DNA of 64,000 bases from a virus (Duplodnaviria; Heunggongvirae; Uroviricota; Caudoviricetes). Below the pieces are notes generated by a model. The model did not search any database and was not told the origin of the DNA. It worked only from the letters and a program-made list of their open reading frames with translations. The stretch lies in the IMG/VR virus record IMGVR_UViG_3300009165_000005, one strand, 5' to 3'. Positions 11,869 to 20,498 of the stretch are shown piece after piece; position 1 is the stretch's first letter; the number at the start of each line of letters is the position of its first letter. Both the position numbers and the translations under genes were made by a program.

Positions 11869-12447
11869 TTAGGGGTTCAAATTCTCCTGAAGAATTCGAC
11901 AGAAGAGGGCGCCTTGTTCAACAGCGTCATCAACTGCCACATGCGTATGCTTCGGGAGTCCTTGGAACCATCGTTTTGGCATGTTCTTTTTGGTTGTCTG
12001 ACGGAATTCGATACCAAGCTTAGCGCAAGCGTATGACTTGATGTCCAGAGCCGAGAAAGAGAAGGGACTTTCACCTACGAACTTGATCAGATACCAGTAA
12101 GTAAATGCGAAGTCAAAAGTAGCTGGGTACCCAACGAAGACAGGGCGTCCTGGTTGCTGATTGACCCAGTCGACATAAGAGGTCATAGCCTCCTTTGGTG
12201 GCTTCTGGTCCTTACGACACTCCTCCCACTCCTTGGGTCTCTTGGACCACCACTCCATGGTATCAGACTCACCTTGAGCTCCTTGGAGGGTCTCCAGGTT
12301 GACTGAGAAAGTGCTCACCAGCGTCCCACTAGGCAGGTAAGCGGCGGCTCCGAGGCTGAGCATTGAATGAGGTCCCGGAATAGGACCATCCGACTCGATG
12401 TCGGTCGATATGTATACTTCGTTATTCATAGGACCGAAGTACACCAA
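11869..12447 (-). CDS. DEDDh 3'-5' exonuclease (DnaQ/RNase T-like)
   Basis: Exo I motif DIESDG near the N-terminus. C-terminal H...D ([10 protein letters not shown]). Confidence 0.6.
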   Translation of the reverse strand: MVYFGPMNNEVYISTDIESDGPIPGPHSMLSLGAAAYLPSGTLVSTFSVNLETLQGAQGESDTMEWWSKRPKEWEECRKDQKPPKEAMTSYVDWVNQQPGRPVFVGYPATFDFAFTYWYLIKFVGESPFSFSALDIKSYACAKLGIEFRQTTKKNMPKRWFQGLPKHTHVAVDDAVEQGALFCRILQENLNP

Positions 12448-12498
12448 CGCAAAAGAGCCCGAGTTTGCCTCGAGCCCTTTTCACTCAGGGTAGGACGG

Positions 12499-14241
12499 CT
12501 ACCACTGATTGGATCTGCTCTTAGTGAGAGAAGATTTCATCACTGGTGCTTCAGGTTTCGGAGCTATCGGTGGCGAGTTGAGATCAACCTCTCCACCAAC
12601 GGAAGGCTCTTCCATAAAACTGCGCATCACCTGCTCCTGAGCAGCATTGCTGAAATCAATGTTGGCACCGTAGAGGACTTCCTGATCCGAGTCAGCCAAT
12701 GCCGAAACAGCTCGAGCCCGGTTCAATCCTCGATTCAAACCCATACGACTACCAGCGCTCTGAGCATAACGCTGATGACTTGCATACTTCGAACGAAGGT
12801 TATTGGATGCAGATGCAACACCAATTAAGCCTCGAGCTTCGAAGTCATGTCCAAGACTATCGAAGCCCATGACTGCAGCATTGAAGTCACCACGCTTAGC
12901 GGCAGCCTCGGCCTGATTCTGAACTTGAAGCAACTGAGCTCGAGCAACCAGTTCATCCACCTCTTTGGTGGGTGCTTTCTGTTCTTCCCCAGACTTCACG
13001 AACTGAACCTTGGCATTCCCTTCTACAGATTCAAGTTTCATTTTCCCGTCGGACCCGAGGATTTGATAGGACAACTTAGCATGAACAGCGTTGACCTGGC
13101 GAGGTCCAGGATGCTTCTGAGATGCAAGCTTGGCCTTAATGACAACGTCGATGGTTTCCTCAGATAGGATGTGAGGAATCTTGACTTGAGCCTCACCAGT
13201 TATGATCTCCTCGACATCAAAGTCGGAGAGTACCTCCACCAGCTGGTTGCCATCCCTTGGAGTCAACTCAATGATCAAGTCCTGAGCATAAGTGCTCAGA
13301 AGACCCCCAAGCTCCTTGCCGAAGGCCCCGAGAGCCGAGTCTGGGTCCTGAATGAAAGCGTAGTTCCCAGCTCCAGCTAAAGACAATGCATTCAGCAGCT
13401 CCTGGTTGGCATCAGGACCGTAACCAAAGGCTGAAACACTTACTCGACCTCGTTGCTGAGTGATGATACTCGAAATCCCCTCAACCGTAGTCACTCCCAT
13501 GTTAGGTTGCCCATCGGTGAAGAGAATGATCCTGGTGATGGTGGAATCCCCAAGATCCAAACCGGAAACAACCTCAAGCCCCTTGAGGAGACCTCCCGAG
13601 AGGCAGGTATTCCCATTGACTCTATATCCAGCTACAACCTTCTTGGCCCGGATCTTGGCATCAGGGGTCATCTTCTCCGCAGGGAAGTCAATACTTGAGT
13701 CCGTAGCAAAACTGACCAAACCAAAGGTGTCTTCCGCCGTAAGATGATCGATCAGCTTGGTCAGGGACCTCTTCGTGTAGTCCATCTTCATCCCAATCAT
13801 CGACCCTGATCGGTCAACTGCTGGGATAATGCACAGTGGCGGTCGGTGGGTTTGCCAATCGCTCTTGGGCGCAGTTACGGATACGACCAAGTGAAGGTCG
13901 GTGGCCTGATCAAAACGAACTTTTTCAAACGTGAACCGTGGATTTAATAGCATTGGTGCATTCTCGCTAATCAAGAACAGTGTCGGGATGCGGAGACTGG
14001 ACCAATCTCCCAAATCCAAACAATTCCAGTTGAGTCCTAGATTTTGCCCAAGCTCATAGAGCGCGGCTACGTCAGTATGAGATCCAAGCGTTAGCGCGGT
14101 CTCGGTCCCCCCTAATACACCACTTGATGGCTCCGGGAAAACCAAAAAGGGCCGCCTGACTTCAGACGGCCCTTCATCAGCTACGCCACCGGTCAAGCTA
14201 CTAGGTAGTAACCAGTCCCATGTTGTTGGGCTCGAGACCAA
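12499..14241 (-). CDS. von Willebrand factor type A (vWA) domain protein
   Basis: MIDAS motif AVDRSGSMIG...TDGQ in a 580-aa protein with a long divergent C-terminus. Confidence 0.6.
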   Translation of the reverse strand: MVSSPTTWDWLLPSSLTGGVADEGPSEVRRPFLVFPEPSSGVLGGTETALTLGSHTDVAALYELGQNLGLNWNCLDLGDWSSLRIPTLFLISENAPMLLNPRFTFEKVRFDQATDLHLVVSVTAPKSDWQTHRPPLCIIPAVDRSGSMIGMKMDYTKRSLTKLIDHLTAEDTFGLVSFATDSSIDFPAEKMTPDAKIRAKKVVAGYRVNGNTCLSGGLLKGLEVVSGLDLGDSTITRIILFTDGQPNMGVTTVEGISSIITQQRGRVSVSAFGYGPDANQELLNALSLAGAGNYAFIQDPDSALGAFGKELGGLLSTYAQDLIIELTPRDGNQLVEVLSDFDVEEIITGEAQVKIPHILSEETIDVVIKAKLASQKHPGPRQVNAVHAKLSYQILGSDGKMKLESVEGNAKVQFVKSGEEQKAPTKEVDELVARAQLLQVQNQAEAAAKRGDFNAAVMGFDSLGHDFEARGLIGVASASNNLRSKYASHQRYAQSAGSRMGLNRGLNRARAVSALADSDQEVLYGANIDFSNAAQEQVMRSFMEEPSVGGEVDLNSPPIAPKPEAPVMKSSLTKSRSNQW

Positions 14242-14744
14242 TCCAAGTAGGGTTCCCAGACAGCAGGAACTTTCCCTGAATCGAGATAGACCGCATGTAG
14301 TGGGAGTGCGTGGGGCTTAGCAGGCTTTCTCAAAAGCTTCATACCAGCCTGCTCAGGAGTCCTACCAGCTTTCATCGTATTGCACGGGTAGCATGATGTT
14401 GTTACGTTCGACCAAGTAGTTTGTCCACCTTGCTTGCGAGGAACCACATGATCATAGTTCAGTTCACGCATTGACTTGCGCTGACCACAGTATTGGCAGG
14501 TAAAGTGATCACGGGTAAAGACATTGATGCGGGAGAACTTGACACCCTTCTTCATCGTAGCCACTTGGTGTTTGAGCTGGATCACCGCTGGGATGAAATA
14601 TGAGATCGATGGGGAACTCACTATCTCATCATACTCTTCCAACACAGACACCTTGTTCTGGTAAACCAGGCAAATAGCCTCGTCCCACGTGAGGATTGCG
14701 TGGGGCATGGCCCAAGAATTCAGAAGCAGGGTTCGAGTTTCCAT
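14193..14744 (-). CDS. HNH endonuclease
   Basis: CQYCG...YDHVVP...GGQTTWSNVTTSCYPCN (HNH with a Cys4 zinc site). Confidence 0.75.
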   Translation of the reverse strand: METRTLLLNSWAMPHAILTWDEAICLVYQNKVSVLEEYDEIVSSPSISYFIPAVIQLKHQVATMKKGVKFSRINVFTRDHFTCQYCGQRKSMRELNYDHVVPRKQGGQTTWSNVTTSCYPCNTMKAGRTPEQAGMKLLRKPAKPHALPLHAVYLDSGKVPAVWEPYLDWSRAQQHGTGYYLVA

Positions 14745-14844
14745 GGTGCACCTTTACCTTCGCCTTCGCCTTTTCATGATGTTTCTCCGTAACAGTTGCA
14801 CACAACCATTAAACACCGAAGCCCCTTGTTAGGGGCTTCGTCAG

Positions 14845-15192
14845 TGGAAGTGCGGGGAATCGAACCCCGGTCCGCCAGCCGTCCAGTACCTCTCTCATTC
14901 ACGTGTGTAGTTGCCATGTCCCTAGCAACTGAGTTCGAGGGTTCGGCCTTCGACCTAGCTCCCTGTTTCTCTCACCTATGCCCCGGGAGCCCGGAACACC
15001 AGCCAGCCTTTGTGGTTTGCAATCCTACCCACTACCAAGACAATCTTGTGGAGGACCGGCTGAAGCTACTTACGCAGCTTCAGCAATTGCGTTATCATTG
15101 GCAATTATGCGTTTCTCGATTGTTCAAGAGCGGATCGAGAGCCGCTCACACGCGAGAGAACCTTTCATCCAACGTCGAAGCCAATCACTCCC
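14845..15192 (-). ncRNA. ssrA: tmRNA (SsrA), tag peptide ANDNAIAEAA
   Basis: 5' end GGGAGTGATTGGCTTCGACG (tmRNA-like). 3' tRNA-like T-arm CGGGGTTCGATTCCCCG. Acceptor GGGAGTG/CACTTCC has a G3:U70 pair (alanine identity). Internal reading frame GCC AAT GAT AAC GCA ATT GCT GAA GCT GCG TAA = ANDNAIAEAA-stop at 15070-15102. Confidence 0.85.
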
Positions 15193-15280
15193 ATAAGAAG
15201 AGGTATACTACCTCAAGTAGGGTTGGTTGTCCAGAGGGGCCTGTGGAGTCATGACTAGCCCGCTCTACTTACAACACCCG

Positions 15281-15556
15281 TTAAGGAGCCTCCCGAATAC
15301 TGAAATCCCCGTACTCGCTAATGGGGACTAAATCATGCCCTAAGTGATTCGCAAACCACTTGGGGTCAATATCACCGTACCGATTAGCCTTGAACTGAAT
15401 ATCCCCACTTCTGTCAGCCTCCAACAAAGGAGCCAAGGCAGCGATAGCCGGAGCATGATCTATCAGAAGCCACATCAAGTCTTCCTCACGATTAGCATCA
15501 TCGAAAGAATGAGTAGCGCCACAAGTTCGACAGTAGACATGCCAATCTGTACTCAT
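15281..15556 (-). CDS. hypothetical protein (91 aa)
   Basis: Intact ORF between the tmRNA and the first tRNA island. Confidence 0.4.
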   Translation of the reverse strand: MSTDWHVYCRTCGATHSFDDANREEDLMWLLIDHAPAIAALAPLLEADRSGDIQFKANRYGDIDPKWFANHLGHDLVPISEYGDFSIREAP

Positions 15557-15577
15557 GCGTAGAACTACACCATGTAG

Positions 15578-15651
15578 TAGGCCCTTCCGGACTTGAACCG
15601 GAAACCACCGCCTTATAGGGACGATGCTCTAACCAATTGAGCTAAGAGCCC
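15578..15651 (-). tRNA. tRNA-Ile2 (anticodon TAT, tentative)
   Basis: Cloverleaf parsed by eye. Acceptor GGGCTCT/AGGGCCT, T-loop TTCAAGT, anticodon loop CCTATAA. Confidence 0.65.
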
Positions 15652-15668
15652 TCGAGTGCTTCTGTTAT

Positions 15669-15756
15669 TGGTGCACGAGAGAGGAATTGAACCTCCACGA
15701 GAATTATCTCCTGGGCGTCTGAAACCCATGCGTCTGCCTAGTTCCGCCACTCGTGC
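15669..15756 (-). tRNA. tRNA-Leu (CAG), class II, CCA encoded
   Basis: Acceptor GCACGAG; long variable arm; anticodon loop TTCAGAC; 3' ACCA. Confidence 0.8.
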
Positions 15757-15765
15757 GTTGATTAG

Positions 15766-15837
15766 TAGCCTCAAAGGGATTTGAACCCCCGACCGTCGCC
15801 TTGTAAGGGCGCGACTCTACCACTGAGTTATGAGGCT
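15766..15837 (-). tRNA. tRNA-Val (TAC)
   Basis: Acceptor AGCCTCA/TGAGGCT; anticodon loop CTTACAA; T-loop TTCAAAT. Confidence 0.7.
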
Positions 15838-15859
15838 GTAAGAATAAGTACACCGAAAG

Positions 15860-15936
15860 TGGTGCTGAGAGCGGGACTCGAACCCGCAACTTCCGCCTTA
15901 TGAGGACGGCGCTCTAGCCAGTTGAGCTACATCAGC
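15860..15936 (-). tRNA. tRNA with CAT anticodon (Met, fMet or Ile-lysidine), CCA encoded
   Basis: Anticodon stem CCGTC/GGCGG; loop CTCATAA; T-loop TTCGAGT; 3' ACCA. Confidence 0.75.
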
Positions 15937-15937
15937 A

Positions 15938-16014
15938 TGGCGACCCTGGAGGGACTCGGACCCCCAACTTTTGGTTCCGTAGACCAACGCTCTATCCAAT
16001 TGAGCTACAGGATC
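15938..16014 (-). tRNA. tRNA-Arg (ACG), CCA encoded
   Basis: Acceptor GATCCTG/CAGGGTC; anticodon loop CTACGGA. Confidence 0.8.
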
Positions 16015-16020
16015 ATGAGG

Positions 16021-16094
16021 CACCCCCGGCAGAACTCGAATCTGCAACCTGAAGATTAGAAATCTCCTGCTCTATCCGATTGAGCTACGAGGGC
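16021..16094 (-). tRNA. tRNA-Arg (TCT)
   Basis: Anticodon loop TTTCTAA; T-loop TTCGAGT. Confidence 0.75.
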
Positions 16095-16099
16095 ATGAG

Positions 16100-16660
16100 T
16101 CAAACAGAGAAGCTTCCAAGTTTTCCAAGCATGAGCTCTTCGTAATTGTAGTTCTTACCGAGGCACTCCTGAATACTCACGGACTTCTTGTGGGCCTCGA
16201 TGGCATGGCCGTTGTAGATCCAAAGGCTTCGAGGCACTCTGATCTGACCTAGGACGAACCGAGTACCCAACTCGGTCATCTTGTACATACCGTGAGTCTT
16301 GACCGGTGGCTTCGGATTCAGAACGGACTTTTTCTCCGGTGGGCGTTCCTCAATGAGCTTCCAGTACCTCAGCTTGGACCACTCACCACCCTTCACTTCA
16401 GATCCGAGAGCAACCATGTTCTCGAGGTACTGGCTCATGTCAAGCCAATCCGAAGCTGTCTGGAAGTGGCGGTACATGAGGATCAGCACATAAGCCATGG
16501 TCGAGCTGAGTTCCTTCTCAACCATCCGAACGAGCTGGTGGCAACAAGGACACAAGACCCCCGGACCCTTCACATGAGGCTTTAGCTTCTCTTGGGCTTC
16601 GGCCAAAGTGGAAGAAGGTTGAATTGGAAGGTTTATTGGCTTCTTTCCGACGGTCACCAA
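16100..16660 (-). CDS. hypothetical protein (186 aa)
   Basis: Intact ORF flanked by tRNAs. Confidence 0.45.
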   Translation of the reverse strand: MVTVGKKPINLPIQPSSTLAEAQEKLKPHVKGPGVLCPCCHQLVRMVEKELSSTMAYVLILMYRHFQTASDWLDMSQYLENMVALGSEVKGGEWSKLRYWKLIEERPPEKKSVLNPKPPVKTHGMYKMTELGTRFVLGQIRVPRSLWIYNGHAIEAHKKSVSIQECLGKNYNYEELMLGKLGSFSV

Positions 16661-16690
16661 CTCAGATACACCGAAAACAGAGCGGACGAA

Positions 16691-16763
16691 GGGACTCGAA
16701 CCCTCAACTTTCAGCTTGGAAGGCTAACGCTCTACCAATTGAGCTACGTCCGCAAAAACGACC
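16691..16763 (-). tRNA. tRNA-Gly (TCC)
   Basis: Acceptor GCGGACG/CGTCCGC; anticodon loop CTTCCAA. Confidence 0.8.
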
Positions 16764-17003
16764 TTCTCTTGCGTTAGAGAGCTATTAACCCACGCGCACC
16801 CCACTGAAGGAGAAAGAGTTGGTCTCAAACGACTCCCCGGAATTGTACCGGATCCCTTGTACGTGGCTGGCCACTCCACAGCCCTTCGGACGCATACAAA
16901 GATCAGACTCTGAATCTAGAGCAGTTTGCAAACACCTCATGCAAGCTGTACGGGCCAACCTACCATACTTCGGCGTGACCTGCATGAAACGTCGGAGGCG
17001 TGG

Positions 17004-17087
17004 GTGAGAATCGAACTCACGATTACCGATTCACGCCATTCAAATAAAACTCGACCCAATTGGGCTACGTCCGCATTACTTAGTAAG
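17004..17087 (-). other. chimeric pseudo-tRNA: tRNA-Gly-like 5' part fused to a tRNA-Cys-like acceptor/T-arm minihelix
   Basis: 5' part GCGGACGTAGCCCAATTGG matches the tRNA-Gly(TCC) 5' half. 3' part GGCGTGA...GTGAGTTCGATTCTCACCCACGCC pairs as acceptor plus T-arm only, resembling tRNA-Cys at 17343. No canonical anticodon arm. Confidence 0.4.
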
Positions 17088-17336
17088 TTCGATCCAAGGC
17101 ACTCCTATTTTGGACCCTATGGGACCGAAGTCACCAACTTTGGACCCATCTTTGGATGACCACTTACTGCCATCCTCCGTGGTAACTATGGTCCTGGTAA
17201 CCTTGGTAACTACTGTCTTACCTTTGGTAATTCTCCTGCCATTGACAAGGGCTAAAATAGCTACAGAATCACCTTCCTTGAAGGGATTTGAAGCTAACCT
17301 GAACCTAGTAACCACTGACTCGATTAGAGAATCCAT
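17076..17336 (-). CDS. hypothetical small protein (~86 aa; start moved to MDSLIESVV to clear the tRNA-Cys overlap)
   Basis: The ORF-track start at 17402 overlaps tRNA-Cys; the internal Met gives a non-overlapping gene. Confidence 0.35.
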   Translation of the reverse strand: MDSLIESVVTRFRLASNPFKEGDSVAILALVNGRRITKGKTVVTKVTRTIVTTEDGSKWSSKDGSKVGDFGPIGSKIGVPWIELTK

Positions 17337-17342
17337 AGTTTT

Positions 17343-17416
17343 TGGAGGCGTGGGTGGGGAACGATCCCACGATGAGAGTTTTGCAGACTCTTGCCTTACC
17401 ACTTGGCTACCACGCC
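17343..17416 (-). tRNA. tRNA-Cys (GCA), CCA encoded
   Basis: Acceptor GGCGTGG/CCACGCC; anticodon stem AGAGT/ACTCT; loop CTGCAAA. Confidence 0.8.
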
Positions 17417-17535
17417 AGAGCTACACAACTTCTATCTTGCGAATCTTCACATTACTGGGGCTGAACACTGCTACTTCGGGAACTCCGGCAACCGATTCTC
17501 GACTCATATCCTAAATCCTAGCATAAGCAGTTTAG

Positions 17536-17608
17536 AGCGGGTAGCGGAGATCGAATCCGCCGAATTCACGTTGGCAACGTGATACCTCGCCATTGAGGAG
17601 TTACCCGC
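17536..17608 (-). tRNA. tRNA-Gly (GCC), atypical D-arm
   Basis: Acceptor GCGGGTA/TACCCGC; anticodon stem TCACG/CGTGA; loop TTGCCAA; T-loop TTCGATC. Confidence 0.65.
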
Positions 17609-17645
17609 AAAAATCGAGAGCCCGACTCTCGCCGGGCTCTCCTAG
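17609..17645 (-). terminator. putative intrinsic terminator (minus strand)
   Basis: Perfect 9-bp GC-rich stem GAGAGCCCG/CGGGCTCTC followed on the minus strand by GATTTTTG. Confidence 0.4.
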
Positions 17646-17860
17646 GGGCGGCCGTTCCCAGCTACCCTCCACCACTACTCAAGCATGACCCACTGAGTAG
17701 GGGAGCCACCTTAACACAAGAACTTACCGGAGACAAGGAGATGTGAAGACGACTAAGCTCCTCCCAGTTGAAGGACGGACAGCTCACGCAATCCGACGAG
17801 ACTCGAACTCGCATTCTTGAATGCTAAATTCAATGTAATCTTCACGAACATTCTCCAGCA

Positions 17861-17933
17861 GAGCCCACGACCCGAATCGAACGGGTGATCTCGTTCTTAC
17901 CAAAAACGCGCACTTCCAACTGTGCTACGTGGG
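17861..17933 (-). tRNA. tRNA-Thr (GGT)
   Basis: Acceptor GCCCACG/CGTGGGC; anticodon loop TTGGTAA; T-loop TTCGATT. Confidence 0.8.
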
Positions 17934-18281
17934 CGAAACTTCAAACTTTGACTTGGGGTGTACTGAGAAACCAAGCAAGTCCTCAATGTTATTTTCGTCA
18001 TAATCCCCACAGAGATACCCGGTAGAGTCCGTGCCCGGGATAATCCCGATGATCCCATTGAGAACCCCAAGGATGCTCACTGTCGGAGGCTCCCCGCACC
18101 GGCACTGAACCATTGGGTGCTCAAGAAGAGCTTCGTTCACCGGAACTCGATGCGCGAAGAGACCTTTGATGGCTTCGGGATCGATCTGGAAGTACTCGTT
18201 GAGGCATTTGGCGATGTGCTCAGCAAGTACTTTACGATCACTCAGAAACTCCAAACGCTCTGATGAGGGGGTCATAATCAT
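17925..18281 (-). CDS. hypothetical protein (~118 aa; start at MIMTPSS)
   Basis: The ORF-track N-terminus overlaps tRNA-Gly(CCC). The internal ATG at 18279-18281 gives a clean gene. Confidence 0.4.
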   Translation of the reverse strand: MIMTPSSERLEFLSDRKVLAEHIAKCLNEYFQIDPEAIKGLFAHRVPVNEALLEHPMVQCRCGEPPTVSILGVLNGIIGIIPGTDSTGYLCGDYDENNIEDLLGFSVHPKSKFEVSPT

Positions 18282-18299
18282 CAAGTACACCGAGAAGAG

Positions 18300-18375
18300 T
18301 GGAGCGGGAGAAGGGACTCGAACCCTCGACATTTTGCTTGGGAAGCAAATGCTCTACCAACTGAACTACTCCCGC
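18300..18375 (-). tRNA. tRNA-Gly (CCC), CCA encoded
   Basis: Acceptor GCGGGAG/CTCCCGC; anticodon loop TTCCCAA. Confidence 0.85.
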
Positions 18376-18381
18376 ATGGAT

Positions 18382-18457
18382 TGGAGCCCCTGGTCGGAAT
18401 TGAACCAACGACCTTGACTTTACAAAAGTCCTGCTCTACCAACTGAGCTACAGGGGC
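18382..18457 (-). tRNA. tRNA-Thr (TGT), CCA encoded
   Basis: Acceptor GCCCCTG/CAGGGGC; anticodon loop TTTGTAA; T-loop TTCAATT. Confidence 0.8.
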
Positions 18458-18459
18458 CC

Positions 18460-19524
18460 TTAGGCTTTCATTTGGGCAGCCGCCGCCGCAAGAACATCTC
18501 TCACGTTCTGAGGGAGCGTGGTAAACGAAGTAGCCATCTCCGCGAGAAGCTTCTTACCATTCTTGGCTCTGGTGAGGTTCTTCTTCGATCCGTCGTAGTA
18601 GTAGTAGGTGCCAAAGACTAAATCGAGCGCCTTGCCCCCACAGACCTTCTGAACATCCGCTTCCCCAAGAGGGAACTCCTTGCCATTAATGACAAGCGTG
18701 ATCCCCTCGTTCTTCTCATACCCACCACGATGCTTTATCTTGTAGAGGCCAGGTTCGTCCTTGAAGGAGTTTTCACGGTACACTAGCTCTACCACATGCT
18801 TACGGTTCATGATCCTTGGATCATCACCAGAAACGGTACCACTATCCGCTAGCCAGTGCTTGATGCTGGTAGGGTTACCTTTGGGGAATTTGTCATTGAG
18901 CTTCCACCCGGTTGCATCAATCACCTTCGAGTTGAAAGTACCCTTGAAACCAACTGCTTTAAGTGCCTTTATCACGTTCCCGTAAAGCCAAGCAGGATCT
19001 GTCGACTTAGGGCTATCTGGTACTTCAAGAGAATCGAGGATCCAAACATCCTTCTTGTCATTCCTCCGAAGGGCATAGCTTTCATAGACAAGGTGACTCA
19101 TTCCAACAAACACATGCTTGGAGTCAGTCTTTCCGTAAGCTACCCAGAAGTTGCTCGACTTGTGGAACTCCTCAGAAGAGTACCCAGCCTCTCGTTGAAT
19201 GCCCGTAACAAACTTCCACTCAACGCCCGCTGGGATGCCAGCCTTACTCTTGGCTTCCTCAAAGGTTACCTGAACTACTTCAGGTTCTGGATCGTAGCTG
19301 ACGTCAGCAGGACCCTCGTAAGACGGAGGCGCGCCACGATCTGGAGTTAGCTGTCCTTTGAGAAGGTCAGCAGCGGCATTGATCTGGGCCATGACCCTCT
19401 CATCCCCACCACGATCAGGGTGATGCTTCAGGACCAACTTACGACGAACTGACTCAACTTCGGAATCAGAAGGATTGGAGTTCGGAGGAAACCCAAGAAT
19501 TTTTTTTGCTTCCTCAAGGCTCAT
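18460..19524 (-). CDS. DnaJ (J-domain) protein
   Basis: J-domain MSLEEAKKILGF...KLVLKHHPDRGGD with the HPD motif. The ORF-track N-terminal extension overlaps tRNA-Ala, so the start is placed at MSLEEAKK (19524). Confidence 0.65.
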   Translation of the reverse strand: MSLEEAKKILGFPPNSNPSDSEVESVRRKLVLKHHPDRGGDERVMAQINAAADLLKGQLTPDRGAPPSYEGPADVSYDPEPEVVQVTFEEAKSKAGIPAGVEWKFVTGIQREAGYSSEEFHKSSNFWVAYGKTDSKHVFVGMSHLVYESYALRRNDKKDVWILDSLEVPDSPKSTDPAWLYGNVIKALKAVGFKGTFNSKVIDATGWKLNDKFPKGNPTSIKHWLADSGTVSGDDPRIMNRKHVVELVYRENSFKDEPGLYKIKHRGGYEKNEGITLVINGKEFPLGEADVQKVCGGKALDLVFGTYYYYDGSKKNLTRAKNGKKLLAEMATSFTTLPQNVRDVLAAAAAQMKA

Positions 19525-19632
19525 TGACAGCTTAATAGCGTTGAATCTTGCTGCCACCTTGAACGTAAGTAGTGCGTCTTGAAATGCCCGAAGCGGAGAG
19601 ACCATACTGCTGGTTAGCAATAAGAAGACTAG

Positions 19633-19705
19633 TGGAGCTGAAGGAAGTCGAATCCTTGGCCTCTGCAATGCGAAAGCAGCGCTCTTCCAACTGAGCTACA
19701 GCCCC
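19633..19705 (-). tRNA. tRNA-Ala (CGC)
   Basis: Acceptor GGGGCTG with a G3:U70 pair (Ala identity). Anticodon loop TTCGCAT; T-loop TTCGACT. Confidence 0.75.
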
Positions 19706-19706
19706 A

Positions 19707-20192
19707 TTACTTCAAAACTTTGGCCAACAACCTTCTGGCCATGTTCATCATGTGCATGCCAACCAACTCGGAGTCCTCGACTATCTCTTGAAGCTCGATG
19801 ACTTTCGATTGGTCTGGCTTCCCCTGAAGGTTGTAGGGTAAGTACCCTATATCGAGGAACAGCTTCCCACCATGACACCCTAGATGCATTGTGAAGGCAT
19901 CAATGGGTTGAGGTGGAGAGAAATAATAGAAGACGTCGTTCTGTCGCTGACTCGCGTTCATCGAGTAGCGATCACCCATTGTCTTCCTGAACAAGTTAAT
20001 CAAGTTAGGGAGTAGAGCGTTGATTGAGTCTCTACCATCCCGAAATAGAGCTAGATCAATCTGGGGGTTGCTTTTGAAGGAAGTCTTAACTGCATATCGC
20101 TCGAAGACCCACTCAGGGATCTCAGGACGATACCCCGACATGGCAACCTTGAAGTTCCACCTGGCGACAACGCTTCTGACTAGATGATCCAT
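19707..20192 (-). CDS. hypothetical protein (161 aa)
   Basis: Intact ORF. Confidence 0.45.
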   Translation of the reverse strand: MDHLVRSVVARWNFKVAMSGYRPEIPEWVFERYAVKTSFKSNPQIDLALFRDGRDSINALLPNLINLFRKTMGDRYSMNASQRQNDVFYYFSPPQPIDAFTMHLGCHGGKLFLDIGYLPYNLQGKPDQSKVIELQEIVEDSELVGMHMMNMARRLLAKVLK

Positions 20193-20222
20193 TCTAGTCA
20201 GAAGGGCTCATAGGTGGTTTAG

Positions 20223-20294
20223 TTGGGACACCAGGATTTGAACCTGGATAAACGGAATCAGAATCCGTTGTCTTGCCGATTGGACGATGTCCCA
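20223..20294 (-). tRNA. tRNA-Gln (CTG)
   Basis: Acceptor TGGGACA/TGTCCCA; anticodon stem ACGGA/TCCGT; loop TTCTGAT. Confidence 0.75.
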
Positions 20295-20488
20295 ATAGTA
20301 ACTTCCGAGTTATGTTCGTAGCCCTCAAACAAGTCAAGTTGTTTTGAGCCTTCAAATTCAGGAGTCTCCTCTTGCTCTTGAAGCCCTTGAGTTGCTCGTA
20401 GCGAGTCAGCCCAACACTTGTAACTACAATAGTCAGTGCCTCGATAGACGACTGGTCGTATCCCGCACCAAACACAAGGACGTTTCAT
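20258..20488 (-). CDS. small zinc-ribbon protein (putative)
   Basis: CVWCG...CSYKC motif. C-terminus overlaps tRNA-Gln, so the true extent is uncertain. Confidence 0.25.
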   Translation of the reverse strand: MKRPCVWCGIRPVVYRGTDYCSYKCWADSLRATQGLQEQEETPEFEGSKQLDLFEGYEHNSEVTIGTSSNRQDNGF

Positions 20489-20498
20489 GATGAAATTG

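Noticed and set aside
14796-15254. Plus-strand ORFs 14796-15254 and 14978-15196
   Set aside because: They overlap the minus-strand tmRNA, and their protein sequences are low-complexity translations of structured RNA.
15704-15889. Short ORFs overlapping tRNA genes (15704-15889, 16592-16777, 26171-26503, 26235-26489, 27807-28057, 30785-31051, 31110-31322, 31319-31570, 31890-32162, 32530-32793, 18166-18417, and similar)
   Set aside because: Each is the translation of one or more tRNA genes or their complements.
17790-17850. tRNA-Leu(TAG)-like element
   Set aside because: Has a T-arm (GCGAG-TTCGAGT-CTCGT) and an anticodon-like hairpin TTGAA-TTTAGCA-TTCAA, but no D-arm and no 5' strand complementary to the 3' acceptor. 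Reported only within the pseudo-tRNA group.
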